A stretch of 55,092 nucleotides of DNA from an uncultured bacterium (GTDB taxonomy: Bacteria; CAYJRR01), in contig CAYJRR010000009.1 in NCBI GenBank assembly GCA_964372275.1, positions 1 through 55,092 on the forward strand, in the 5' to 3' direction. The position numbers and the translations under genes are program-made. Position 1 is the first letter of the stretch. The number at the start of each line of letters is the position of its first letter. The notes below the pieces were generated by a model. The model saw nothing but the letters and a program-made list of their open reading frames with translations. It searched no databases and was not told the DNA's origin. Below, in pieces: positions 1 through 14,372 of this stretch.

Positions 1-4774
<4,774 letters not shown>

Positions 4775-5015
4775 CGTCCCTCCTGGCGAGAAGGCTCGAA
4801 CGTCCGAATGTTCGGCGAGCGGAAGAGGGGCACCCGGCGGAACGGCCGAGCGGACCGACCTCTATTGTAAGTCCGCAGAAAAGATCAGAAAACCACCCGA
4901 TTCAACCCGTCGCAATTTTTATGAATCGTGTAAGTCTGAGAGGAAGTTCTATGATCTTTCAATATCTTATGTCAGCGCCAACATGGCGCAGTGCCAGGTT
5001 GGCGTCCCGCGGGCG

Positions 5016-5414
5016 CTACCCCGGCAGGACCGCCGTCGCCTCGATCTCGACGAGCGCGCCGTTCTCCAGCAGGTCGGCGACCTGCACCAGGCTCATCGCC
5101 GGAAAGACGCCGCCGAGGATCCGACGCCACGCGTCGCCGATCGTACGCTGCGCCGCGCGATACGCCGTCTTGTCGGTGACGTAGACGGTGACCCGAGCGA
5201 GGTGCGCCGGTTCGCCACCCGCCGCCGCAAGCACCGCCGCCACGTTCTCCAACGCCTTCTCGAACTGCGCGGCGAAGTCGTCGGAGACGAGGCGACCCTC
5301 GAGGTCCCAACCGATCTGGCCGGCGATGAAGAGGAGCTCCCCGCGTGCGGCGATGCCGTTCGCGTAGCCGCGCGGCCGCGGCCATCCCTCCGGTTGCACG
5401 ACCCGCGCCTTCAC
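5016..5414 (-). CDS. RidA/YjgF family enamine deaminase
   Basis: PEGWPRPRGYANG, FIAGQIGWD, FPAMSLVQV and LVEIEATA motifs. GTG start overlaps the SDR stop (GTGA). Confidence 0.9.
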   Translation of the reverse strand: MKARVVQPEGWPRPRGYANGIAARGELLFIAGQIGWDLEGRLVSDDFAAQFEKALENVAAVLAAAGGEPAHLARVTVYVTDKTAYRAAQRTIGDAWRRILGGVFPAMSLVQVADLLENGALVEIEATAVLPG

Positions 5415-6214
5415 GACTGCAACCCTCCGCCGTCGAGGTTGATCGCCTGCGCGGTGATGCCGCCCGCGGCGTCCCCGGCGAGGTAGGCGATCAACGCGGC
5501 GACTTCGTCGGCGGTCATCAGTCGATTCTGCGGGCTCAACCGTTCCAGGGTGCGGCGGGCATCCTCGGGCGTGAGCGTCGTCTTGTCGACGATGTTCGCG
5601 ATCGATCCGTCGGTCATCTCCGTGTCGACCCAACCCGGGCAGACCGCGTTGACGGTGACGCCGCGCGGCGCCGCCTCCAGCGCCACGGCGCGCGTGAAGC
5701 CCAGTACCCCCGCCTTCGACGCGCAATAGGCCGAGGTGTACCGGTAGCCGACCTTTCCGGCGACGGAGGCGACGTTCACCACGCGGCCATAGCCCGTCTC
5801 CATCATCGCCGGAAGGTAGGCGCGCGTGCAGAGGAACGTCCCGGTCAGGTTCACCGCGATCGTTTCGCTCCAGAGCCTATCGTCGGTCTTCGCCAGCGGC
5901 GCGCTCCGCGCCACGCCGGCGTTGTTCACCAGCACGGAGACCGGTCCGGTCGATCGGGCGAGCGCGTCGACCTGCGACGGATCGGCGACGTCGCATCGCA
6001 CGGCGGTCGCCGATCCTCCCCGAGCGGTGATCTCGGCGACGACCCTTTGCAGCGCGTCGAGCCGACGGCCGGCGACCGTCACCTGCATGCCGGCCGCCGC
6101 GAGCCTTTCGGCCGTCCGGGCGCCGATCCCGCTGCCGCCGCCGGTGACGACCGCTCTCCGATTCGCAGGCGGGAACTGGGGGGATTCCCCCCGGGAGCGC
6201 GAAGGCGCGGACAT
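5411..6214 (-). CDS. Short-chain dehydrogenase/reductase (SDR)
   Basis: TGGGSGIG, NNAG, YCASK and VNAVCPGWVDT motifs. Start placed at ATG 6214. Confidence 0.9.
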   Translation of the reverse strand: MSAPSRSRGESPQFPPANRRAVVTGGGSGIGARTAERLAAAGMQVTVAGRRLDALQRVVAEITARGGSATAVRCDVADPSQVDALARSTGPVSVLVNNAGVARSAPLAKTDDRLWSETIAVNLTGTFLCTRAYLPAMMETGYGRVVNVASVAGKVGYRYTSAYCASKAGVLGFTRAVALEAAPRGVTVNAVCPGWVDTEMTDGSIANIVDKTTLTPEDARRTLERLSPQNRLMTADEVAALIAYLAGDAAGGITAQAINLDGGGLQS

Positions 6215-6238
6215 GGCGGGTCGTATATCATCGCTTCG

Positions 6239-6646
6239 ATGGGGTTTCACTGCGCGGTCAAGGTGCGATTCGCAGACGTGGACAATGCGGGGATCGTCTA
6301 CTACCCGCGTTTTTTCCACTACTTCCACGTCGCGTTCGAGGAGATGTTCTCGGACCGGTTCGGGATCCACTACGTCGACGTGCTGGGCCGGGAGCGGATC
6401 GGCTTTCCGGCGGTGAAGGTGGAGAGCGAGTTCAAGGCCCCCCTCCGTTTCGGCGATGTCGCCGACGTCGAGGTCGAGGTCGAACGCATCGGAACCAAGT
6501 CGATCACCTGCCGCTACACGCTGCGGCGGGGTGCGGCCGGACCGGTCTGCGCCACCGGGCGAGTCACCGTCGCGACGGTCGACATGGACGGCTTTCGCGC
6601 CATCCCGATCCCGGAGAAGTACCGCCGCCTCTTCGAACAGGTCTGA
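6239..6646 (+). CDS. 4-hydroxybenzoyl-CoA-type (hotdog) acyl-CoA thioesterase
   Basis: C-terminal part of ORF 5345..6646: VRFADVDNAGIVYYPRFF and PLRFGD. Confidence 0.9.
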   Translation: MGFHCAVKVRFADVDNAGIVYYPRFFHYFHVAFEEMFSDRFGIHYVDVLGRERIGFPAVKVESEFKAPLRFGDVADVEVEVERIGTKSITCRYTLRRGAAGPVCATGRVTVATVDMDGFRAIPIPEKYRRLFEQV

Positions 6647-6656
6647 CCCAGGCGGC

Positions 6657-7046
6657 TCAGTCGCGCAGCGAGACCGCGACGTCGAGGAGCCGGTCGAACT
6701 CGTCGGACTCGAGCTTCTGGTCCTTCGTCGCGCGATCGAACTCGCGCTGGAGCTCCTCCGCTTCGTGCCGCGTGACCTTCCCGGCGGCGGCCGCGTCCAG
6801 CAGGTCGTCGTAGACCGACCGGGCGCGCGCGCGGCGGTCCGGATCGCCTTCCAGGTAGCCCTCCAACACTTCGGACTGGAGCGTCAGCTGCAAATCGATC
6901 ATCGAATGGTCGACCTCTCGTCCCGTCCGCCGGGAGGCACGGACCGAGAGGTAGGCGTAGACCGCCGCGGCGATCAGCGCGCCGAGAAGGAACCCGGCGA
7001 CCCCTTTCCGGACGAGCGTGAAGGTCCGTGGCGCGGAACGGTCCAT
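6657..7046 (-). CDS. Hypothetical protein with one N-terminal transmembrane helix
   Basis: 129 aa with hydrophobic GVAGFLLGALIAAAVYAYL. Fills the gap between neighbouring genes. Confidence 0.65.
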   Translation of the reverse strand: MDRSAPRTFTLVRKGVAGFLLGALIAAAVYAYLSVRASRRTGREVDHSMIDLQLTLQSEVLEGYLEGDPDRRARARSVYDDLLDAAAAGKVTRHEAEELQREFDRATKDQKLESDEFDRLLDVAVSLRD

Positions 7047-7055
7047 CGCCAGAGT

Positions 7056-7916
7056 CTAGTCGGCGTCCCAGCGATAGAAGCCCTGCCCGGTCTTCTTCCC
7101 CAGCTTTCCGGCGCGAACCAGACGGCGCAGGAGCGGCGGCGGGCGGAACGCCTCGCCGATCTCTTCGAACAGGTGCTCGGCGATCGAGAGGCGCACGTCG
7201 AGGCCGACCAGGTCGGTCAGGCGAAGCGGCCCCATCGGGTGGTTGTAGCCGATCTCCATCGCCCGATCGATGTCCTCGGCCGACGCGACGCCGGTTTCGA
7301 GCATCCGGATCGCCTCCAGGCCGAGCAGCACGCCGAGCCGGGAGGTGGCGAAACCGGGGGAGTCCTTCACCCGGATCGTCTCCTTCCCCATCCGCCGGGC
7401 AAGCGCGGTCACCGCCTCGACCGTCCCCTCGGAAGTCTGATCGGCGACGACGATCTCCACCAGCTTCATCAGGTGGGGCGGATTGAAGAAGTGCATGCCG
7501 ACGACCTGCGACGGTCGCGCCGTTTTCGCCGCGATCGCCGTGATCGGGAGGCTCGAGGTGTTGGTGGCGAACAGGAGATGCGCAGGACCGGACGTGAAGC
7601 ACAGCTGCGCCAACTCGGCCTTCACCGACAGGGTTTCGGGGGCGGCCTCGATCACCGCGTCGGCGTCAAGCACGGCGCCCGAAAGTTCCGGCGCCGGAAG
7701 GAGGCGGCCCAGCGTCGCGTCCCGGTCGACCGCCGTGATCTTCCCCTTCGCGACGCCGCGCTCGAGGTTCTGGCGGACGCGATCCATCCCGCGGGCGATC
7801 AGCCTGTCGTCCACATCGTGCAGGCGCACATGGCAGCCGATCTGGGCCGCGACCTGCGCGATGCCGTGCCCCATCGTCCCGGCGCCGATGACCACGATTC
7901 GGTCGATCGGCGTCAC
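7056..7916 (-). CDS. 3-hydroxybutyryl-CoA / 3-hydroxyacyl-CoA dehydrogenase
   Basis: VIGAGTMGHGIA, ATNTSSL, GMHFFNP, PMGPL and GKLGKKTGQGFY motifs. GTG start overlaps the upstream stop. Confidence 0.93.
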   Translation of the reverse strand: MTPIDRIVVIGAGTMGHGIAQVAAQIGCHVRLHDVDDRLIARGMDRVRQNLERGVAKGKITAVDRDATLGRLLPAPELSGAVLDADAVIEAAPETLSVKAELAQLCFTSGPAHLLFATNTSSLPITAIAAKTARPSQVVGMHFFNPPHLMKLVEIVVADQTSEGTVEAVTALARRMGKETIRVKDSPGFATSRLGVLLGLEAIRMLETGVASAEDIDRAMEIGYNHPMGPLRLTDLVGLDVRLSIAEHLFEEIGEAFRPPPLLRRLVRAGKLGKKTGQGFYRWDAD

Positions 7917-8683
7917 TTCCGCTTCCCCTTGTCGAGGAAGGCGGTCATTCGCCGGGCCTTCTCGTCGTCTTCGAACAGGATCGCCTGCCCCAGGTCCTCG
8001 ATCGTGCGCCAGGCGTCGACGCCGCCGCGCGCGCCGGCGTTGACCGCAAGCTTGGCCACGCGGACGGCGAGCGCGCTCTGGGCCAGGATTTCGGCCGCGA
8101 GCGTCCTTGCCTCGTCCATCACCGCGTCGTCGGCGACGACGCGGTTGACCAGGCCCCACTCCAATGCCTCGCGCGCGGAAAGACGACGGCCGGTGAAGAG
8201 CAGCTCCTTCGCGCGCGCGATCCCGACGAGACGGGGCAGCCGGTAGGTGCCTCCGGCGGCGGCGAGGATCCCGAGCCCGGCCTCTGGTTGGCCAAAAACG
8301 GCCCCCTCTCCGGCGACGCGAAGGTCGCAGGCCATCGCCAGCTCACATCCGCCGCCGAGCGCGTACCCCCGGATCGCGGCGATCGTCGGGCGCGGGAACT
8401 CCTCGATCCGTTTGAACAGGGAGGCGTTGATCCCGCGGAGCGCGTCGTCACGCCGGCGCGCCGAGAGCTCCCCGATGTCGGCGCCGGAGACGAACGCCTT
8501 TCCGCCGGCGCCGGTGAGGATCAATGCGTGGACGTCGTCGCGCGACGCGAGCTCGGACAGACGCTCGTCGAGCTCGCGCGCCGTCCGCTTGTCGATCGCG
8601 TTGCGCGCCTCCGGGCGGTCGACGGTGAGAACGGCGAGCCGATCGGAGGTTTCGACGCGGATCCGCGGCGTGGTTTCGGCCAT
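7913..8683 (-). CDS. Enoyl-CoA hydratase/isomerase
   Basis: AFVSGADI, GYALGGGCELAMACDLR and FGQPE motifs. Confidence 0.93.
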   Translation of the reverse strand: MAETTPRIRVETSDRLAVLTVDRPEARNAIDKRTARELDERLSELASRDDVHALILTGAGGKAFVSGADIGELSARRRDDALRGINASLFKRIEEFPRPTIAAIRGYALGGGCELAMACDLRVAGEGAVFGQPEAGLGILAAAGGTYRLPRLVGIARAKELLFTGRRLSAREALEWGLVNRVVADDAVMDEARTLAAEILAQSALAVRVAKLAVNAGARGGVDAWRTIEDLGQAILFEDDEKARRMTAFLDKGKRK

Positions 8684-8735
8684 CTCGCCCTCCGGGCTTG
8701 ATCGGAGACCTCCCCGACCCCCTGCGCGCCGGATC

Positions 8736-10703
8736 CTAGCGCATTCCGTGGCGCGCGAGCTTCATCTTCAGGCCGTTCCTCGACAGCCCGAGGGCGCGCG
8801 CGGTGCGCGAAAGGTTTCCGCCATGGCGCGCGAGGGATTCGAGGAGGCTCGCATGCTCGGTTGCTTTCAGTCGATCGTCGAGGGTGGCCCGCGCGGCCGC
8901 GCCCGCCTTGGGAAGCGGTCCCTCGACCGACGTCCACGGGGTCGACCGGACGAGGGATCTCCGGTCCCGTGCGTCGGCCGAGGCGGCGGCGAGCTCGGCG
9001 ACCACCTCCACGAGGCGTCGCTCCTCGCGCGAGAACCGTGGATCGCTCTCCCGCCGATCGAGCACCAGGCGGCCGATCTCGAGCCCGGAGCGACTGCGCA
9101 GAACGACCGGCAGCCGAAGATCCCCCGGACCGGGCACCGCCGCGAAAAGCGCCCGACCTCGCAGGGCGACGACGCGATGGAACTCGGGCGAGCCGAGCGC
9201 GACCGACCCACCGCGGGCCGGCACCAACGCCAGCGCGACCTCGAGCGCGCGGGAGGCCGCCTCCTCCGGTGACTGCGCGTCGAGCATCGGCAGCAACGCT
9301 TCGAGCGTTTCGGGTTGGCCGCGCGCGCCCCGGGCACTCAGGCCCTCCGAAAGGAGACGGTCGACGGTGGCCGCGGACTCGACGTTCCCGCTCCGGCTCC
9401 ACGCGGCGCGCGCGAGCGAGAGAAGCTCGAGCGCGCGCGGCATGTCGGCTGCCGTCTCCGCGGCGGCGGCCGCGTCCATCCAGGCCCGTCCGGCGAGGAG
9501 GTGCCAGCCGTACCGTTCGAGACGGCGCGCGGCGCTCGACAGGCGTGCGACGGGCGATCCGATCTGAGCGAACCGGTCGCCGAGCCCGCCGATCCACTCC
9601 TCGATGGCCCCCGCCGCAATCGAGCCGGCGCGCGCCAGGTCGGAGAGCTCCCGGCGGGCCGACTCCGCCTTGACCCCGTCGCGCGCGCGAAGCGCGCACT
9701 CGGCGGAGAGTCCGAGGCGCAACGCGGCGAGCGCGCGGGGGAGCAGATGCGCACCCGACTTCGCGCGATCCGCCGCCACCTGTCCCCGATGGAGATCTCC
9801 GGCGGCCGTCGCGGCGATGCACGTGGTCAACTGCGTCGCTGCGATCCACCGGGGATCTCCGGCCAACTCGGCGGCCACGACGGCGTCGTCCAGGCGCTCC
9901 CGCGAATCCGGCGCGCCGCAGCCGAGCGCCGCGACCGCTCGCGCGACGGCCGCGGCGGCGTCCGCAACGAGGTCGTCCGCGGACTCGGCCGCCTCCTCGG
10001 CGCGCAGCGCCAGGCGCTCGGCCTCCGAGGTCCGGCCATCGATCGCCGCGGCGGCGGCTCGCATTGCCCAGCCGGCGGCGCGATTCGATCGGTCGACACG
10101 TCGCACGGCGCGAAAGGCTCCGCTCGGGCGTTGCTCCGGTCCCGGACGGCGGCGGGGAGCCTCGGCCGGTTCGACGCGCACGCGGCGCAGCCGGATCTGC
10201 GCGCCGAGCGCGCGGTCGGCGAGGTCCCAGGGGTCGTTCTCGCGGGGAGGATGAGAGAGAACCGCCACCGAGACCGCCCTCGACGAAGGGCCGGGGACCG
10301 CCAGGCGGCGTGCCAACGCCCACCAGGCGCGCACGGTGGCGTGGTCGGCCCGTTGCGCCTCCTCGAGCACCAGGACCAACGGACCTTCGGCACGCTCGAT
10401 GACCGACATCGCCGCGCGCGCGAACGCGGCCGGCCCCGATCCGGGGGGAAGCGAGCGGGCGAGGGAAGGGGACAGCAGGCGCAGCAGCGCGCGCGCGGCG
10501 AGCGGTTCCTCCTCGCCGGGAACGGCGAGCCCCTTCACCCGGGCCGTGACGACGCGGCCACCGTCGCCGCCCACGGCCGCCGAGAGCTCGGCGAGCGAAC
10601 TCCCGATCGCAGGGTGCGCCTCGACGATCAGGATCCGCTCCGCGGCCTCGTCCCCCTGCCACGCGCGCAGCGCCGCTTCGCGAATCCGTTCGAGCCAGAG
10701 CAC
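8736..10703 (-). CDS. Putative transcriptional regulator: degenerate STAND/TPR-like region, GAF-like segment and C-terminal Fis-type HTH
   Basis: C-terminal HGGNLSRTARALGLSRNGLKMKL (HTH_8). LVLVLEEAQRAD resembles an AAA_16 Walker B. IGRLVLDRRESDPRFSREERRLVE resembles a GAF C-terminus. Start uncertain. Confidence 0.6.
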   Translation of the reverse strand: MLWLERIREAALRAWQGDEAAERILIVEAHPAIGSSLAELSAAVGGDGGRVVTARVKGLAVPGEEEPLAARALLRLLSPSLARSLPPGSGPAAFARAAMSVIERAEGPLVLVLEEAQRADHATVRAWWALARRLAVPGPSSRAVSVAVLSHPPRENDPWDLADRALGAQIRLRRVRVEPAEAPRRRPGPEQRPSGAFRAVRRVDRSNRAAGWAMRAAAAAIDGRTSEAERLALRAEEAAESADDLVADAAAAVARAVAALGCGAPDSRERLDDAVVAAELAGDPRWIAATQLTTCIAATAAGDLHRGQVAADRAKSGAHLLPRALAALRLGLSAECALRARDGVKAESARRELSDLARAGSIAAGAIEEWIGGLGDRFAQIGSPVARLSSAARRLERYGWHLLAGRAWMDAAAAAETAADMPRALELLSLARAAWSRSGNVESAATVDRLLSEGLSARGARGQPETLEALLPMLDAQSPEEAASRALEVALALVPARGGSVALGSPEFHRVVALRGRALFAAVPGPGDLRLPVVLRSRSGLEIGRLVLDRRESDPRFSREERRLVEVVAELAAASADARDRRSLVRSTPWTSVEGPLPKAGAAARATLDDRLKATEHASLLESLARHGGNLSRTARALGLSRNGLKMKLARHGMR

Positions 10704-10852
10704 CGTCGACGCGAAGCGTACCGAGCGGTCGAGGCGATGGTCAAGGGATGACCACGGTCGCCGGCGGCGGATTTCGTTCCGGGAGGGTCACCGCGAGGTG
10801 CACTAGAATCGGCACCGGTTCGGGGAGACCCCCGGCCCAGAGGTGGAATGAG

Positions 10853-11878
10853 ATGCGCGCGGTCGTTCTCCCCCGGCACGGTGGTCCCGAGGTCCTGGAA
10901 GCGGCCGAGGTCGCCGATCCGACGCCGGCGCCCGGCGAGGTGGTGGTGCGGGTCCGCGCGGTGGCGCTCAACCACCTCGACCTCTGGGTTCGGCGCGGAC
11001 TGCCGACGTTGAAGCTCGACCTGCCGCACGTGCTCGGCTCGGACATCGCGGGAACGGTGGAGTGGTCGGACACGCCGGGGATCGAGGTCGGAAGCGACTG
11101 CCTTCTCGCGCCGGGCGTCTCCTGCATGCGGTGCCGCGAATGTCTCTCCGGTCGCGATCATCACTGCCGCGCCTACGGGATCTTCGGCGAGCACCGCTGG
11201 GGCGGTTACGCGGAACGCATTCGCGTCCCCGCGGTCAACGTCTTTCCCAGGCCGAAGCGCCTGTCGTTCGCGGAGGCGGCCGCCGTGCCGCTCGTGTTCC
11301 AGACCGCGTGGCAGATGCTCGTCACCCGTGCGCAGATTCGGCCGGACGAGTGGGTGCTGGTGCACGCCGCCGGTTCGGGCGTCGGAAGCGCGGCCGTGCA
11401 GATCGCGAAGATGCGCGGGGCGGTGGTGATCGCCACCGCGCGGGGCGAGCGCAAGCTCCTGGCGGCGCGCGAGCTCGGCGCCGACCACGCCATCGACTAC
11501 GAGAAACAGGACTTCCTCGCGGAGGTGAAGCGGCTGACCGGAAAGCGCGGCGTCGACGTCGTCTTCGAGCACGTCGGCCGGGCGACCTGGGAGAAGTCGA
11601 TCCTCTCCCTCACCGCCGGCGGACGGCTCGTCACCTGCGGCGCCACGACCGGCCACGACGCGGAGACCGATCTGCGCTACCTCTTCTACAAGAAGCTGTC
11701 GCTCCTCGGCTCGACGATGGGACCCAAGGCGGAGATGTTCGAGATCCTGAACGGCATCGAGGCCGGCCGGCTCAAGCCGGTGGTGGCGAAGGTCTTCCCG
11801 CTCGCGGAGGCGGCCGAGGCCCACCGGTACCTCGAGCGGCGGGAGGGGTTCGGCAAGGTGGTGCTCGATGTCCAGTAG
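10853..11878 (+). CDS. Zinc-binding alcohol dehydrogenase/quinone oxidoreductase (MDR family)
   Basis: PHVLGSD, structural-Zn motif CMRCREC...C, HAAGSGVG and GFGKVVL. Start at ATG 10853. Confidence 0.92.
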   Translation: MRAVVLPRHGGPEVLEAAEVADPTPAPGEVVVRVRAVALNHLDLWVRRGLPTLKLDLPHVLGSDIAGTVEWSDTPGIEVGSDCLLAPGVSCMRCRECLSGRDHHCRAYGIFGEHRWGGYAERIRVPAVNVFPRPKRLSFAEAAAVPLVFQTAWQMLVTRAQIRPDEWVLVHAAGSGVGSAAVQIAKMRGAVVIATARGERKLLAARELGADHAIDYEKQDFLAEVKRLTGKRGVDVVFEHVGRATWEKSILSLTAGGRLVTCGATTGHDAETDLRYLFYKKLSLLGSTMGPKAEMFEILNGIEAGRLKPVVAKVFPLAEAAEAHRYLERREGFGKVVLDVQ

Positions 11879-12362
11879 GAGCGGCTCGGTCCCGAAGGGG
11901 AACCCGATCACCAAGGCCGGCTACCGCCGGCTGGTCGAGGAGCGGGACCGCCTCTGGAAGGTCGACCGAGCGAAGGTGGTGCAGGAGGTGGCCGACGCCG
12001 CGGCCCTCGGCGACCGGTCGGAAAACGCCGAATACATCTACGGGAAGAAGAAGCTGCGGGAGATCGACCGCCGCCTGGAGTTCCTGAACGACCGGATCGA
12101 GCGGGCGATGATCGTCGATCCGGCGACGCTCTCCGGGACGCGCGTGGTGTTCGGCGCCACCGTCACGGTGAAGGACGAGGACGGAAAGGCGTCCGTCTAC
12201 CAGATCGTCGGCCAGGACGAGGTCGATGCCGCGCAAGGAAAGATCAGCCACGTCTCTCCGATCGGCCGCGCGCTGCTGGGCAAGGAGGTCGGCGACGACG
12301 TCCTCGTCACCCGCCCTGCCGGAGAGCTGGAGCTGACGATCACCAGGGTCGAGTTCGTCTAG
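11868..12362 (+). CDS. greB: Transcription elongation factor GreB
   Basis: AAALGDRSENAEYIYGKKKLREIDRR and ISHVSPIGRALLGK motifs. Confidence 0.95.
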   Translation: MSSRSGSVPKGNPITKAGYRRLVEERDRLWKVDRAKVVQEVADAAALGDRSENAEYIYGKKKLREIDRRLEFLNDRIERAMIVDPATLSGTRVVFGATVTVKDEDGKASVYQIVGQDEVDAAQGKISHVSPIGRALLGKEVGDDVLVTRPAGELELTITRVEFV

Positions 12363-13276
12363 GTCGAATCGCGCGCGGTCGCCTTGCGCTCCTCCATCTC
12401 CTCGACGGTGCGCGGCCAATCGCCGCGAAGAAGCCGGGAGAGGGCGCGGTCGGCGAGCAGCTTCCCGCCGGTCTGGCAGCGGGGGCAGTAGTTCGTCTCG
12501 TTCTCGGCGTGCCGGATCCGGGCGACCGGGGTGCCGCAGGCCGGGCAGGGCTTGCGGTACCGGCCGTGGACCGCCATCCCCTCGCGGAAGGCGGTGACCT
12601 TTTGGGGAAAACGATCGCCCGTCTCGGTTCGAAGCCGGTCGGTCCAGAGGACGAGCGTCTCGCGCACGGCACGGTGGAGGCGCGCGGCGGCGGCGTCGTC
12701 GAGCGTGCGGGTGAGCGTCACCGGCGACATTCGCGCCCGGTGGAGGATCTCGTCGGAGTAGGCGTTGCCGATCCCCGCGATCAGGCGGGGATCGGTGAGA
12801 AAGCGCTTCAGCGTGTGGCTCTCGCGGCGCAGCGCCTCGGCGAACACCGCCGGCGTCGCCTCGAGCGGTTCGATCCCTCCCCGCGCGTGCTCCGCGAGAC
12901 CGGCCTCCCCGCGGACGAGGTGGATCGAGGCGCGCTTGTGGCTGCTGGCCTCGGTGAGGAGCAGCGTTCCGTCCCGGAAGTCGAACGCCGCGAGCCCGAT
13001 CTTCCCCGGCGGCTTGGCCCCGGGTCTCTCTTTCCAGTGGAGACGTCCGGCGATCATCAGATGGATCACGAGGAACAGGTCGTTCTCCAGCGCCACCACG
13101 ATCCGCTTCCCGAGCCGCCGCACCGCGAGGACGCGCCTCCCTTCGGCCGTCCGGATCGGAGGGTCGACGCTGCGAACCACGAAAGGGCTGGCCAGCCGGA
13201 TCCTGGCGATCGGCCGGTCACGCAGGCGCCGTTCGAGGGCTTCGACGTAGACGGTGATGTCGGGAAGCTCCGGCAT
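12359..13276 (-). CDS. mutM: Fpg/Nei family DNA glycosylase
   Basis: N-terminal MPELP, H2TH motif GIGNAYSDEIL and a C-terminal CPAC...CPRC zinc finger. Confidence 0.93.
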   Translation of the reverse strand: MPELPDITVYVEALERRLRDRPIARIRLASPFVVRSVDPPIRTAEGRRVLAVRRLGKRIVVALENDLFLVIHLMIAGRLHWKERPGAKPPGKIGLAAFDFRDGTLLLTEASSHKRASIHLVRGEAGLAEHARGGIEPLEATPAVFAEALRRESHTLKRFLTDPRLIAGIGNAYSDEILHRARMSPVTLTRTLDDAAAARLHRAVRETLVLWTDRLRTETGDRFPQKVTAFREGMAVHGRYRKPCPACGTPVARIRHAENETNYCPRCQTGGKLLADRALSRLLRGDWPRTVEEMEERKATARDST

Positions 13277-13321
13277 TCGGACCGAGGAAGCCCGCCTTCG
13301 GCGAGGCCACGCCGCGGGATT

Positions 13322-13570
13322 CTAGTCGAGGGCTTCCCGCACCGCCGGCGGAACGAAGATCCCCGACAGGTCGACCTTGCGCAACGCGTCGAGGAGGAGG
13401 TGGCACTCCTCGACCGCCGGGGTCGCGGGGTCGAGGACGACGACCACCGTGCCCTTCAGGACGCAGACGCCGGTGGGGCGCGCATCGCCGGCGGCCCGTT
13501 CCCGGACCACGCGCACGCCCGCCGGCCCGGCGAGCTGCCGCAGCAGCGGAAGCAGCGTCTCGGTCGACAT
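13322..13570 (-). CDS. Small hypothetical protein (82 aa)
   Basis: MSTETLLPLLRQ...GVCVLKGTVVVVLD...DLSGIFVPPAVREALD. Co-oriented between the ECH gene and mutM. Confidence 0.65.
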   Translation of the reverse strand: MSTETLLPLLRQLAGPAGVRVVRERAAGDARPTGVCVLKGTVVVVLDPATPAVEECHLLLDALRKVDLSGIFVPPAVREALD

Positions 13571-13589
13571 CGGTCGTGCCGACGCCACG

Positions 13590-14372
13590 CTAGCGCGCCT
13601 TGAACGAGGGTGCTCGCTTCTCGACGAAGGCGCGGAACCCTTCGCGCGCGTCGTCCGACGCGAACAGCCCCGCCTGCAGCTCGCGTTCGAGCGCCAGGCC
13701 CTGCTCGAGTCCCACCTCCAGGCCCGACTGCACCGCGCGCTTGATCCGTCCGACGGCGAGCGACGCCTTTCCCGGCGGGCAGAAGCCGCGGGCATACTCG
13801 ATCACGCGCTCCCGGAAGCGCTCGCTCTCGAACAACTTGTCGACCAGCCCCGCCTCCTTGGCTTCGAGCGGCGACATCGTTCGACCCTCGACCATCATCT
13901 CGATCGCGCGCGAGCGGCCGACGATCCGCGCCAGCCTCTGCGTTCCGCCGGTTCCGGGCAGCACCCCGAGCGTCACCTCCGGAAGCCCGATCTTCCCGGC
14001 CTCCTTGCGGGCGATACGGAGGTCGGCCGCCAGCGCGATCTCGAGTCCGCCGCCGACGGTGTGCCCGTTGAGCGCCGCGATCACCAGCTTCGGCGTCTGC
14101 TCCAGCCGCAGGAGCGTCTCGTTGGCGTGGAGGCAGAAGTAGTACTTGTACGTGGGGTCGGCCTTCGACAGCATGTCGATGTTCGCCCCCGCGCAGAAGA
14201 ACTTCTCGCCGTTCCCGGTCAGCACCAGCACGTGCACCGCGGGGTCGAAGCGCGCCCGCAGGATCGCGTCGTCGATCGCGCGGAACATCTCGTAGGAGTA
14301 GGCGTTCGCCGGCGGGTCGTTCAGCGTGAGCAGGGCGACGCCGTCGCGGGACTCGTACTCGCAAAGAGGCAT
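13590..14372 (-). CDS. Enoyl-CoA hydratase/isomerase
   Basis: C-terminal part of ORF 13590..16904: FFCAGANI, GHTVGGGLEIALAADLR and GLPEVTLGVLPGTGGTQRL. Confidence 0.92.
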   Translation of the reverse strand: MPLCEYESRDGVALLTLNDPPANAYSYEMFRAIDDAILRARFDPAVHVLVLTGNGEKFFCAGANIDMLSKADPTYKYYFCLHANETLLRLEQTPKLVIAALNGHTVGGGLEIALAADLRIARKEAGKIGLPEVTLGVLPGTGGTQRLARIVGRSRAIEMMVEGRTMSPLEAKEAGLVDKLFESERFRERVIEYARGFCPPGKASLAVGRIKRAVQSGLEVGLEQGLALERELQAGLFASDDAREGFRAFVEKRAPSFKAR

